A stretch of DNA of 64,000 nt from Candidatus Saccharimonadota bacterium (GTDB lineage Bacteria > Patescibacteriota > Saccharimonadia > Saccharimonadales > Saccharimonadaceae). The DNA is taken from positions 349 through 64,348 of the forward strand of contig JAFRBS010000027.1 in the NCBI GenBank assembly GCA_017404725.1, read 5' to 3'. The position numbers were made by a program, and so were the translations under genes. The notes beneath the pieces were generated by a model. It saw nothing but the letters and a program-made list of their open reading frames with translations. It searched no databases and had not been told where the DNA came from. This document shows, one piece after another, positions 55,453 through 64,000 of the stretch; the stretch's first letter is position 1; every line of letters starts with the position of its first letter.

Positions 55453-55458
55453 AGATAT

Positions 55459-55467
55459 ATTATAACA
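55459..55467 (-). promoter_or_regulatory. Extended -10 (TGTTATAAT) 6 nt upstream of the hisS ATG
   Basis: Reverse complement of ATTATAACA. No SD sequence. Confidence 0.45.
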
Positions 55468-56040
55468 TTATTTTTTGCCGAGAGCTTTTTTGAAATTTTT
55501 GGCGAGATCGTTTAGGTTATGTTTTAGGACCGCCATGTCGACGAGGTTCGCTGCGCCGTAAATGATCATCATAATACCCGAGAAGACCATAATCGCGACT
55601 TGGCCACCCCAAGGGTTTAAGATCATCAGGATGCCACAGATCAAGGACAAGATCGAAGTTACGAGCGCGTATGTCCCGGCGCTTGTGCCGCGTAGGCCAG
55701 CGGAGAAGCGAACAGAGGCCACGCCAGAGATGACGAACCAGGCGCCAATAACGATCGGGAAGATATCCATGATTCCTGGGTTAGCCGCAAAAACCAGCCC
55801 GAGGATTAAAAGCACTACGCCGACCAGGGTCGTGCTGAACATGACCGGGGCTTTGCGGCGAATGTCTGAAGCGAGCATGTAGGCGCCGGCCGCTAAACAG
55901 AAGATAGCGATGGCCCAGCGGATAATATCGAGTAAGGTTCCCGGCGCGATCAGGCAAATGATGCCGAGGACGATCAAAAACACGGACGAGCCGAGCTGGA
56001 TGTTGATAAAACTGTCAATTTTCTTTTGTAAATCTTTCAT
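55468..56040 (-). CDS. HdeD/DUF308-family membrane protein
   Basis: Start MKDLQKKIDSF behind GGAGG. Six hydrophobic helices with a repeated DUF308-like pattern. Confidence 0.65.
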   Translation of the reverse strand: MKDLQKKIDSFINIQLGSSVFLIVLGIICLIAPGTLLDIIRWAIAIFCLAAGAYMLASDIRRKAPVMFSTTLVGVVLLILGLVFAANPGIMDIFPIVIGAWFVISGVASVRFSAGLRGTSAGTYALVTSILSLICGILMILNPWGGQVAIMVFSGIMMIIYGAANLVDMAVLKHNLNDLAKNFKKALGKK

Positions 56041-56123
56041 TAAAAACCTCCTTATGGTTATATTATAGCACAAAAACTAGCCTATTCCATTTTTTAATAA
56101 AATATGATAAAATGTTCTTATGT

Positions 56124-56200
56124 GGACGATTAGCTCAGTTGGCTAGAGCGTCTCATTGACGTTGAGAAGGTCGGGGGTTCGACTCCCTCATCGTCCACCA
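56124..56200 (+). tRNA. tRNA-Val (anticodon GAC)
   Basis: GGACGAT...ATCGTCC acceptor stem, anticodon loop TTGACGT, T-loop TTCGACT, encoded CCA. Confidence 0.85.
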
Positions 56201-56249
56201 CGTTTACATAGCTAAAACGTCGAACCCCCGGAACGTCCCAAGGGGTAAA

Positions 56250-56279
56250 CGGGGGTTCGACTCCCTCATCGTCCACCAC
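56250..56279 (+). repeat. 30-bp exact duplicate of the tRNA-Val 3' end (T-arm to CCA+1)
   Basis: CGGGGGTTCGACTCCCTCATCGTCCACCAC occurs at 56172-56201 and 56250-56279. An inverted 12-mer, GTCGAACCCCCG, lies at 56219-56230. Confidence 0.9.
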
Positions 56280-57075
56280 TTACAGGCTTTTTCGCCTGTT
56301 TTTTTGTTGTCATAATAATCATCACGAGCGAAAAGACGAAGAGTCCGAGGCTGATAACCTGGGAAGTCGAAAACGGGCCGAGAAAACCGCGATAAAGGTC
56401 GCCGCGGAAAAATTCATCGACAAAACGAATAACACTATAGCTTAGAAGATAGATAAACATCAAATTCTGGCGGCACTTCCCTTTTCTCTGGAGATAATAT
56501 AAAACGCCAAACAGGATGAAATTCGCGCCAGATTCAATCAGCTGGATCGGGAGGCGCGAAACGCCGTTTGCGAGTTCGATCGGAGAATGATGGAAAGTAA
56601 TGCCATGCTCAACTTCGATTCCGTAACAACATCCGCCGAGAAAACAACCGATTCGTCCAAAAGCGTGAAAAAGTGGAATTAGCGGCGCGGCGATATACAT
56701 ATAGAGGTCGACGTCTTTTTTCGTCTTCTTTAAATAGAGCCAGGCGGCGATCAGGCCACCGATTAGGCCCCCGTAAAAAACCTGCCCGCCAAAAATATAA
56801 ACCAGAGTATTCCAGAACACACCAAAAGAGGTAACTTGGTCGAGATGCTGGAACAGATAGATGATTTGATTAAAATTTGTGAGGCCATAGACAAGATGAC
56901 CGCCGACTACTACGCCGACCGCCGCCCAGAGCCCCATAACGAGCAGATTATTGCTGTCAACCTTCAGGCGTTTACAGATACGACTACCGACAAAAAGCAT
57001 CGCAAAAACCCCCAGGCAAGCCATGATGGCGTACATGGAGAAATCTTTACCGAAAATATTAATCGTAGGCAACAT
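56266..57075 (-). CDS. lgt: Prolipoprotein diacylglyceryl transferase
   Basis: HAFGRIGCFLGGCCYG and overall TM layout. The last 4 codons and the stop lie inside the duplicated tRNA-Val fragment. Confidence 0.85.
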   Translation of the reverse strand: MLPTINIFGKDFSMYAIMACLGVFAMLFVGSRICKRLKVDSNNLLVMGLWAAVGVVVGGHLVYGLTNFNQIIYLFQHLDQVTSFGVFWNTLVYIFGGQVFYGGLIGGLIAAWLYLKKTKKDVDLYMYIAAPLIPLFHAFGRIGCFLGGCCYGIEVEHGITFHHSPIELANGVSRLPIQLIESGANFILFGVLYYLQRKGKCRQNLMFIYLLSYSVIRFVDEFFRGDLYRGFLGPFSTSQVISLGLFVFSLVMIIMTTKKQAKKPVSGGR

Positions 57076-57131
57076 AATAATTCTGCTAGAAAAACTGCCC
57101 TAGCGCGGGGCCAGGGCAGCGAATTTCTGTA

Positions 57132-57446
57132 TTAGTAGCCAATCGTCTGGATGACGGTTGGGGTGCTGGCGATGATACCGACCGCGCAGATAGCGCAAAC
57201 GATACCGACACCGCCGAGACAAGTACCAATAATGGAAAGCACCAAGCCGGCCGTAGACATGTTCGTCTTCGCAACCTTGCGAGCTTTTACGGCAAGGATG
57301 ATACCGACGATGCTAGCGGCAAAGCCGAGAATGCTTAGGAAGCCGAACCAGCAAGTAGCAACACCAACGATACCCAAAACTAGGGATGCAGTAGCGAGGT
57401 TCTTGACAGATTCTGCGCCTTTAGTGGTTTTCTTATCTTCGCTCAT
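57132..57446 (-). CDS. Small membrane protein (DUF4190-like)
   Basis: AAAGGAGAC RBS and a TGTGCTACAAT promoter upstream. Three hydrophobic helices. Confidence 0.6.
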   Translation of the reverse strand: MSEDKKTTKGAESVKNLATASLVLGIVGVATCWFGFLSILGFAASIVGIILAVKARKVAKTNMSTAGLVLSIIGTCLGGVGIVCAICAVGIIASTPTVIQTIGY

Positions 57447-57529
57447 TTTAATGAGTCTCCTTTTAAGTTATATTAAGGAAATTGTAGCACATTTTAATAA
57501 AAAAGAAAAGTACTTATGGCCAAAAACTT

Positions 57530-57566
57530 TAAAAAGCGTCCCTCCTCGCATAGGGACGCTTAAAAA
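57530..57566. terminator. Bidirectional hairpin terminator
   Basis: 10-bp stem AAGCGTCCCT / AGGGACGCTT flanked by A- and T-runs. Confidence 0.7.
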
Positions 57567-57596
57567 GTGTAGCCAAAAACAAACTGTGTAGATATT

Positions 57597-58520
57597 TTAT
57601 CGCTTGCCGCCGCGTTTCTTAAGCGCGCGGACTGCGAAGATCGTAGCTAGTCCAAACACAATCAACCCCGTTATTAAATAATCTGCTCGACTGATATTTA
57701 GATTGCCGAGAAGGCCACCGGTTTTTGGAACTTCCGGAGCGTCTGGAGCCTTATAGTCGACCTTCGTAGAAGCTTTTTGGCTCTTTATGGCCGCGCCACT
57801 GCTGTCCTTACCGGTTACGGCAACTGTGTACTCACCGGTCGTAGCGCCGTAGCTCGCGAACGGAAGCGTAATTCTCTGCGTACAGACATTTTCTTTGCAG
57901 CCTGTCGCCTCGTAACTTAACGGATTATCGAAGAGCAGGTAGCCCTGGTCATCGTAAGCCTGAATCTCAAACGACGAAAGCTTACTCGAATATTCGACCT
58001 CGACGATCGGATCGCCGTTTTCAGCCTCGCCAACGGTCGTGATTTTTATCGGGACGTACTTAAACGACACTGTATCTTCGACCGTGCCAGAGCCACTATG
58101 GTTCACGACGCGCAAAACGTAGTCGCCAAACCCGAGCTTTGGATCGGAGTCTAGATCGAATGTGAAGGCACGCTCGCCAGATTCTGGACTGGTCGTCGGA
58201 ATATATGTGGCATATTCGCCCAATGATGCGCAGTACTGGTCTGCTGTACCGTAGTTCTTACAGAGCTGGTAATCCAGCTGGTCGGCTACGGCGTAAATCA
58301 CACCGATATTTATGTTGCTATCTAGGGTTACTTCGCCGTCTTTGATCGAAGTGATCCTGACTTCTGGATCTTCCCCGTAAACATTGACGGAAATTTTGAC
58401 CTGACCGCTGACGCTGGTCGCCCCAGTGTCTTCGGCAGGGATAGTTATGGCATAGGCAAAAGCGGCGGTAACCAGCGCCAACCCACCTAAACCAAGCAGA
58501 TGTTTTTTGCGTATTTGCAT
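57597..58520 (-). CDS. Surface protein with a C-terminal LPxTG-like sorting signal
   Basis: Signal peptide. The C-terminus has PEVPKTGG, then a hydrophobic segment LITGLIVFGLATIFAV, then KKRGGKR. Confidence 0.6.
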   Translation of the reverse strand: MQIRKKHLLGLGGLALVTAAFAYAITIPAEDTGATSVSGQVKISVNVYGEDPEVRITSIKDGEVTLDSNINIGVIYAVADQLDYQLCKNYGTADQYCASLGEYATYIPTTSPESGERAFTFDLDSDPKLGFGDYVLRVVNHSGSGTVEDTVSFKYVPIKITTVGEAENGDPIVEVEYSSKLSSFEIQAYDDQGYLLFDNPLSYEATGCKENVCTQRITLPFASYGATTGEYTVAVTGKDSSGAAIKSQKASTKVDYKAPDAPEVPKTGGLLGNLNISRADYLITGLIVFGLATIFAVRALKKRGGKR

Positions 58521-58585
58521 ACTCTACACTCACTTTTTTATGTTTTTATTTTGGCCTCGCAACGGGCGTACTCGCATTTTCAAGT

Positions 58586-59581
58586 CTAGACTAAGCGTCT
58601 GGACTTGCGCTCACTGCGCTTCCTAATAAGGATTATAACCCATAGGACGATAAATGTCAATAGGATTATGCTAATAATTATCATCCAGACCGGCATAATT
58701 ACGACAATTTTCGTATCTTCCCTGGCAGTTTCACCGTTTAAGGCGCTGACGCGGTAATGGACTTTATAGAAACCCATCATCGGCGTCTCGTCCCATTCCA
58801 TGTCTACGCGACGCGTCGTATCAGGAAGAATATTATAAGCGTTCGTTTTCGCGAAAAGTTGTTTTCCGAAAATCGAGCTAATTTCGAAATTATAGACAGC
58901 CTCGAAATCCGTGTTGCCGCCGTTTTCTACCTTAGATGTGGCGGAGATTTTGCCTGAGGTCATAAAAGTCGGGATTTTAAAATCGGTAATGTTCGCGACT
59001 TCTTCGGTATTGCCTTCGGTCCGACCGTAGACGATCAGGCCAACGCGAGAAACAGTTTTAATGCCGGACCCGGTCAAATCGCCTTCGGTTTCATCGGATT
59101 CGGCGAAAATCGTGGCGTATTGACCGCCGTCAGGGACGTCTTTAGGTACTTCGATGCGGTAATTGACGACTTTTTTCGCGCCGCTCTCGATCTTAAAACT
59201 GGCTTTATCAACTAATTTCCCTTCATCGTCGTAGAATTTAATCCAGCGCGAAATCTGGGTTCGATTTGTTTCGTTACTAAAATTAACGTTATAATCTTCG
59301 TCGCTAATCGAATAAGGGGCGGCATAAACATGAAAACCGAAAGTTTCCGAACCGATATTCGATACGGTAAAGCTATAATCGTTGTTTTCGCCAGCGATAA
59401 GAGTGACCTTGTTGCTGACCGGGGAAATCTGGAGCCAGACCGCAGGAGTTGTATTCGTAAACTCCTCAACCTCAGCTCCGTCCTCCGCATGGGCGGCGGG
59501 GGCGAAGGCGCCTAGGGCGCCTAAGCCGATAACCGCCGCAGCAAAGATGCTAGATAGACGTAAATTAGTCTTTCTTCTCAT
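58586..59581 (-). CDS. DUF916/DUF3324-like cell-surface protein (signal peptide plus C-terminal TM anchor)
   Basis: Start MRRKTNLRLSS (59581). LQISPVSNKVTLIAGENNDYSFTVSNIG. C-terminus MIIISIILLTFIVLWVIILIRKRSERK. Paralog of 59565..60566. Confidence 0.6.
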   Translation of the reverse strand: MRRKTNLRLSSIFAAAVIGLGALGAFAPAAHAEDGAEVEEFTNTTPAVWLQISPVSNKVTLIAGENNDYSFTVSNIGSETFGFHVYAAPYSISDEDYNVNFSNETNRTQISRWIKFYDDEGKLVDKASFKIESGAKKVVNYRIEVPKDVPDGGQYATIFAESDETEGDLTGSGIKTVSRVGLIVYGRTEGNTEEVANITDFKIPTFMTSGKISATSKVENGGNTDFEAVYNFEISSIFGKQLFAKTNAYNILPDTTRRVDMEWDETPMMGFYKVHYRVSALNGETAREDTKIVVIMPVWMIIISIILLTFIVLWVIILIRKRSERKSRRLV

Positions 59582-60566
59582 CTTTCTTAGCTCTCCCGGA
59601 TTTCCTATCTTTCGGGGCCTCGCCGTTCGCGGCGCGCTTGCGGGCACGGATGCGGCTGACCAGCCAGAAGATGAGGAAGAAGATCACTGCGATGATGATG
59701 AAGAGCAACCAGAGCGGACAGATAATTACCAGCTTCTTGTTCGTAGAAGTCTGGCCGAGGTAATCAATAGTCTGTTCGACCCAGAAGATACCGAGTTTCG
59801 GAGCGCCATCCCAGGTAATCGTGCCGAAGCGCTTTGTGCCTGGCATGATGTCTAGGGTACCTTTTTTGTCTTCGTTATTATAAACGGTCTCTTTGTCGAA
59901 GAGCTTCCAGACCTTAAAGGTATATTCGGCGGTAGCTTCGACGTTACCGGTATTCTCGAGGAGAGAAGTAACGGTCATCGGAGGGTTTAGAATAAACCCA
60001 GGGATTTTGTTCTCGATAACCGAGCCTTCGCGCTTGGTTTCGCCAGCGATCGACGCGTAAAGGATCATGCCGACGCGATTAACCGTGCGGATGTTGTTCG
60101 CTTCGCTACTACCGTCGGAGGTCTCAGCCATAATCGCGGCATACTGACCGCCAGCAGGAGCGTCCTCAGGGACTTTAACGGTAAAGTTTACCGTCGCTTC
60201 GGTATTAGGCTCGAGGGTACCAGTTTCGGTCGCGGGGTCGAAAGTTACCCAATCTGCGATTTTGCTGTAGGTGCCACGAGTGCTATAGTCGGATGTATAG
60301 TTCTCGTCGGTTACGCTAAACGGAGTCGCGTAAGCTTTGTATGAGAAAGAACCTTCCCCAATATTCTGGACCTTGAACGAAGAGTTATAATCGGATCCAG
60401 GTTCGAGAGAGATTCTCTGTTTAGTCGGCGAAACCTGCAGGAAAGCAGGGAGCGAGTTACTCGCAGCCACCGCCCTAAGCGGAGCAGCAATAACCGCACC
60501 GACAGATAGAGCTGCAAAAAGTGCAGCAACGATAAGTTTTGTACGTTTTATACGTTTTTTAATCAT
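59565..60566 (-). CDS. DUF916/DUF3324-like cell-surface protein (signal peptide plus C-terminal TM anchor)
   Basis: Start MIKKRIKRTKL behind AAGGAGG, with a TGTATAAT box upstream. LQVSPTKQRISLEPGSDYNSSFKVQNIG. C-terminal TM segment plus a basic tail. Confidence 0.6.
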   Translation of the reverse strand: MIKKRIKRTKLIVAALFAALSVGAVIAAPLRAVAASNSLPAFLQVSPTKQRISLEPGSDYNSSFKVQNIGEGSFSYKAYATPFSVTDENYTSDYSTRGTYSKIADWVTFDPATETGTLEPNTEATVNFTVKVPEDAPAGGQYAAIMAETSDGSSEANNIRTVNRVGMILYASIAGETKREGSVIENKIPGFILNPPMTVTSLLENTGNVEATAEYTFKVWKLFDKETVYNNEDKKGTLDIMPGTKRFGTITWDGAPKLGIFWVEQTIDYLGQTSTNKKLVIICPLWLLFIIIAVIFFLIFWLVSRIRARKRAANGEAPKDRKSGRAKKDEKKD

Positions 60567-60628
60567 TAGCCTCCTTGTTATGTACCTAATTATACACGAG
60601 CGGGAAAGCAAAATCAACCCCAAAATCT

Positions 60629-60655
60629 AAAAATCCCCCAAATTGGGGGATTTTT
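60629..60655. terminator. Bidirectional hairpin terminator
   Basis: AAAAATCCCCCA-AAT-TGGGGGATTTTT. Confidence 0.75.
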
Positions 60656-60672
60656 AGGACTTTAGCCGCTAA

Positions 60673-61521
60673 CTATTGGGTCGTAGCAGTGTAAGTGATG
60701 ATGTCGCTGTAGACGCCAGTCTTGGTCAGACCAGAAGCGATACCGTAGTTAACACGTTTCGCAGCGCTGTAAGCGAGCGGGTTGGTGGTGTTGGTGCCAG
60801 AAGCGAGGACCGTCAATGGGGTCTCAGCAGCAGTACCAGTACCCTGTTCAGCATCGTAGTCAGACGAAGCGCCAGCCGGGACAGCTACCCAGGTAGTGCT
60901 GTCGTCAACGCTAACAGCCCAACCAGCAGTCGCAGCTACAGGTTCACCGCTCTGAGCAGGGATGAACTCGTTGGCCGTGGTAGAAACACTAGCGTTGCGA
61001 AGAGCAGTGTCATCGTCGGCGTCGTTCAACTCAATCTTGAAGCTACCAGTGTTCGAGCGAACATAGATGTCAGACCAGAGGGTCGTAAGATCAGCTTGGT
61101 TAGCGCTGAGCTGGAGGCCAGTCGCAAGCGACGGACCAGCGTTTGGAGCTAAGTCGCCAGAAGCCTGAGCCGAAGCCGGTTCATAACCGACGAAACCGAA
61201 GTTACCGCCATCGATTTGTTCGTAGTAAGTAGTACCAGGCTGAACCGTCGTATCTTCAGAAGCGACGTAGTCGCCGTTGTCTAATACGTACCAACCTTCT
61301 TCACTTGGATTCTCGCTACCTTCAGGCGTAACCGCATTGTAGGTGTAGTTGTTCTGGTCGTTGTTCGAGTGGATCTTCATGGCGATAGCCGGAGTGATCT
61401 CGACCTCAACTTTTACGTTACCGCTGACCGAAGTGTCAGCAAAGGTTAGGGCTGGCATAGCAGCGACACCGAGGCCGGAGACAACGCCAAGCGCAGCAAT
61501 GATTTTTGTAGTTTTGGACAT
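60673..61521 (-). CDS. Secreted WxL-like surface protein
   Basis: Signal peptide MSKTTKIIAALGVVSGLGVAAMPALTFA. VKVEVEITPAIAMKIHS, and a C-terminal VNYGIASG...DIITYTATTQ. Paralog of 14487..15596 and 1..1194. Confidence 0.65.
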   Translation of the reverse strand: MSKTTKIIAALGVVSGLGVAAMPALTFADTSVSGNVKVEVEITPAIAMKIHSNNDQNNYTYNAVTPEGSENPSEEGWYVLDNGDYVASEDTTVQPGTTYYEQIDGGNFGFVGYEPASAQASGDLAPNAGPSLATGLQLSANQADLTTLWSDIYVRSNTGSFKIELNDADDDTALRNASVSTTANEFIPAQSGEPVAATAGWAVSVDDSTTWVAVPAGASSDYDAEQGTGTAAETPLTVLASGTNTTNPLAYSAAKRVNYGIASGLTKTGVYSDIITYTATTQ

Positions 61522-61691
61522 ATTTATTTTTCCTTTCTTTTTTATTATATGACCTTTTTACCTTTCCCATTATAGACCATTAAATCGCTTATGTCAATAC
61601 TTTTTTAGGACTTTTTAAAAAAAGTTTTCCACAGGTTTAACAGGGGTGCGGCTAAATTAAGCTAAAAAATCTCCGAAAATTCGTCTAAACA

Positions 61692-61700
61692 TGCTATAAT
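61692..61700 (+). promoter_or_regulatory. Extended -10 (TGCTATAAT) upstream of tRNA-Leu
   Basis: Ends 17 nt before the tRNA 5' end. Confidence 0.45.
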
Positions 61701-61717
61701 ATAAAAGTACTTTAAAT

Positions 61718-61806
61718 GCGCGCGTGGTGGAATTGGTAGACACGCTACCTTGAGGTGGTAGTGGCGATTTTAAGCTGTGCTGGTTCAAGTCCAGTCGCGC
61801 GCACCA
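61718..61806 (+). tRNA. tRNA-Leu (anticodon GAG)
   Basis: GCGCGCG...CGCGCGC acceptor stem, anticodon loop TTGAGGT, long variable arm, encoded CCA. Confidence 0.85.
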
Positions 61807-62863
61807 TAGAATCCGCACTGGCCCTTTCTAGCAGTGCGTTTTTTGTTTCATCTAATAAATTGGCTACGTCCCAGGCTCCATCGATCGTGATTTCGTTTAT
61901 ACTATTTCCGCAGGCATTAGTTTCATATATTATATAGATATTCCTGCCGGCAAGCTTTTCGGAAAGTTCCGCTAGGTTTCCATCCGTAACTACGTCCTTA
62001 TAAAGTTCGCGGCCGTGAGAAAGCAGCTGGGCATACGGCTCGAACGCATAGCTGATTTGTGCCGAAGCGGGGAGGATTACAGAGTTTTCCGGAAGCTCGT
62101 TAAAGATGTCGGCGATGACCTTAGTATCGCTGACCGGCGAGGTTAAATCGTGGATCGAGGCGAAAACGGCATTCGGAACCGAGAGAAAAATGAAAATCAG
62201 GCAAAGCGAACGAACCGAAACGCGATCTTTTATTAATTTATAGGTCTCCATGCGGCCGATAATCTGATCGAGGCGATTTTTTCCGCGACGCTTCCCTGAA
62301 AAAGTCAGCGCGATAAAGAATACTGCGAGGGCGATCAGGGGCGCGGTCATTTCGCCAGATAAAGACGGCGGGGCGAAGAAGTATAGCGCGCTAAGATATA
62401 GGCCGAAGGACAAAAGTGCGGCAAAAAAGAGTTTTAGGTACCTGGCCCAGAGATAAATTAAGAGGAACGCTAACCCTAACTCGAAAATCGGGATTAGCAT
62501 ACCGAAAAGCGACTCGTTCAGCTGTTTCGAGAACTCGAGGTAATCCATTTTTGCGCCGGGGAAAAATGTCCCGAGGCCAAAGCCGGAATGGACATATGGG
62601 AAATAGAGGAACCCGGAAGAAAGCGTAATCAGAACTTTCTGCCACTTAGAGAAACGCGAAAAAGTGCAGAGTAAGAAAACGGCGACGGAGACGAGCGCAA
62701 GGCTAATATAGCTCCCAGCCGCGTAAGATAAACCGAGGTGCGAGAAAACGGAGTAAACTTCGTTCGGAATCGGTTCGTGGCTCATGATCAAAAGCACCCC
62801 AACCCCAGCAAAAATAACCGTGACTATTAACGCAAACAGGGGAGTTCTTTTTTTACCTCGCAT
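61745..62863 (-). CDS. Polytopic membrane protein with a C-terminal soluble domain; its 3' end overlaps tRNA-Leu on the opposite strand
   Basis: 372-aa ORF with at least 7 hydrophobic helices. The last 20 codons or so run antisense through the tRNA, so the true C-terminus is uncertain. Confidence 0.55.
   Translation of the reverse strand: MRGKKRTPLFALIVTVIFAGVGVLLIMSHEPIPNEVYSVFSHLGLSYAAGSYISLALVSVAVFLLCTFSRFSKWQKVLITLSSGFLYFPYVHSGFGLGTFFPGAKMDYLEFSKQLNESLFGMLIPIFELGLAFLLIYLWARYLKLFFAALLSFGLYLSALYFFAPPSLSGEMTAPLIALAVFFIALTFSGKRRGKNRLDQIIGRMETYKLIKDRVSVRSLCLIFIFLSVPNAVFASIHDLTSPVSDTKVIADIFNELPENSVILPASAQISYAFEPYAQLLSHGRELYKDVVTDGNLAELSEKLAGRNIYIIYETNACGNSINEITIDGAWDVANLLDETKNALLERASADSMVRATGLEPAQLKIATTTSR
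61814..61844 (+). terminator. Rho-independent terminator after tRNA-Leu
   Basis: CGCACTG-N11-CAGTGCG followed by TTTTTT. Confidence 0.65.
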
Positions 62864-62880
62864 ATATAATATATATTATA

Positions 62881-64000
62881 CTACGGCGTGCGGTTTTTGG
62901 TAACTTTTTGGGTGGACCAGAAGGAGACATCCTCGAAGCGGTCGATCGCAGTTACGAGGTGGTTCTCGGCGGAGAAACTGCGCACATTCTTATTGACGTA
63001 ATAAGACATATTCGCCTGGTAAATGCCGATCGCCGGCGCATCGTCGACCCAGAGCTTTAAGAAGGCGGAATACTTAGCGTTTCTGATTTCCTGGTCCATA
63101 GTCCCGCGCGCGGCAAGAAGCAGATCCGAGGCAAGAGCGTTATTATAATTCGAGAGATTTAAGCCGCCGGCCGTCGCCTGGGAAGAATGATAATAAGCGA
63201 AGAGATCAGGGTCGGCGCCAAGTCCAATTTCTTGGACGAGAATGTCATAATCGCGCGGACGAATGATGGTCAAGAGGAAATCTTGGTCGAAATCGTAAAT
63301 ATGGAGTTCAACCTTAAAGCCGAGCTGTTCGAGCTGGTATTTCAGATTTTCGGCCACGGCTGGAATATAGCCAGTATTCACGGCTACGAGATTAATCGGC
63401 CGCTCGACGTTCGCGCCCTCGACCGCCTCTTTTGCCTCTTTCGGGTTATAATCTGGCAAGGCGGGGTAATCTTTTTCCGGAATCGTAGTCTGGCTTTTTA
63501 GGAGTGGATAGCTTAGCGCTACCTCTTCGCCAGTCGGGGCGCGCAGCGAGCGCATGTCTAGACCCATCTGGACAGCTTTTCTTAAGGATTTGTTGTTAAA
63601 AATATCACCCGTAGTATTAAAGAAAGCATAGACGCCGCTAGAAATGGCCGCCTGGCGCTCGGTAATTGTGTTCGTGATCAGCTCCTCGGCATCGGTCGGC
63701 GAAAGTTCGGCGGTCGCGGTAACCAGGCCCGTCTTTACGGCGTCGACAATGTCTTCTTCGGTCGTAAAGGCATGGATCGCAAAGCTATCTAAGAGCGGCG
63801 CGCCGCCGAAATACGACTTATTCGGGGTCAGATAAACGATTTTTTCACCCTCAGTACCGACATTTTGGCTGGCGTTATAAGAGAACGGCCCAGAGGTAAC
63901 CGGCGAGAGGCTAAACGAATCTTCGAGGAGCAGGCTCGGCTTCACATCGCCCAGAATATGCTCTGGTAAAATTGGAAAATCTAGCGCCGAAGGAAAATTC
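62881..64000 (-). CDS. ABC transporter substrate-binding protein, family 5 (peptide/nickel type); N-terminus lies beyond the window end
   Basis: The frame stays open upstream of the ORF-track start all the way to position 64000 (..NFPSALDFPILPEHILGDVKPSLL..). The C-terminal part has the typical SBP_bac_5 layout. Confidence 0.7.
   Translation of the reverse strand, partial: NFPSALDFPILPEHILGDVKPSLLLEDSFSLSPVTSGPFSYNASQNVGTEGEKIVYLTPNKSYFGGAPLLDSFAIHAFTTEEDIVDAVKTGLVTATAELSPTDAEELITNTITERQAAISSGVYAFFNTTGDIFNNKSLRKAVQMGLDMRSLRAPTGEEVALSYPLLKSQTTIPEKDYPALPDYNPKEAKEAVEGANVERPINLVAVNTGYIPAVAENLKYQLEQLGFKVELHIYDFDQDFLLTIIRPRDYDILVQEIGLGADPDLFAYYHSSQATAGGLNLSNYNNALASDLLLAARGTMDQEIRNAKYSAFLKLWVDDAPAIGIYQANMSYYVNKNVRSFSAENHLVTAIDRFEDVSFWSTQKVTKNRTP

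Noticed and set aside
61745-61806. Overlap of the 372-aa membrane-protein ORF with tRNA-Leu(GAG), as evidence that one of the two is spurious
   Set aside because: The tRNA folds canonically and has a promoter and a terminator. The ORF has a convincing multi-TM body. Only its last 20 or so codons are doubtful, so both features are kept and the uncertain C-terminus is flagged.

Overview
The window is a compact bacterial chromosome segment with mostly minus-strand housekeeping genes: uvrB, a pentose-phosphate/glycolysis block, alaS, mnmA, a cysteine desulfurase, ligA, htpX/lemA, hisS and lgt. The gene repertoire and tight spacing look like a small-genome Patescibacteria/Saccharibacteria-type organism, but that is inference only. 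The segment is interrupted by a siphovirus-type prophage of about 31 kb (21184..52176). It is integrated into tRNA-Gly(GCC) with exact 47-bp att repeats, and every recognisable phage gene is on the + strand. The most unusual signal is outside the prophage. A family of GC-rich palindromic repeat elements (about 70-155 bp) lies in-frame inside five unrelated essential genes: uvrB, alaS, mnmA, the cysteine desulfurase and ligA. It occurs in both orientations without breaking any reading frame, which recalls the in-frame palindromic elements known from Rickettsia. Other notable items follow. A 22-bp promoter-like motif occurs five times in the prophage. A G7 tract frameshifts the phage ParB-methyltransferase. 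A strong outward-facing promoter next to attR would be joined to the phage early genes only after excision. The phage carries portal-MuF and protease-capsid fusions. A phage DUF1566 protein resembles the C-terminus of a host surface protein. A four-gene surface-protein cluster resembles the WxL/DUF916/LPXTG csc loci of Firmicutes. There is a 30-bp duplicated tRNA-Val 3' end (att scar). Extended -10 boxes sit 6-8 nt from start codons at eight genes, implying leaderless mRNAs. No CRISPR array, rRNA or reverse transcriptase was seen. All calls come from reading the sequence and ORF track; no database search was possible.
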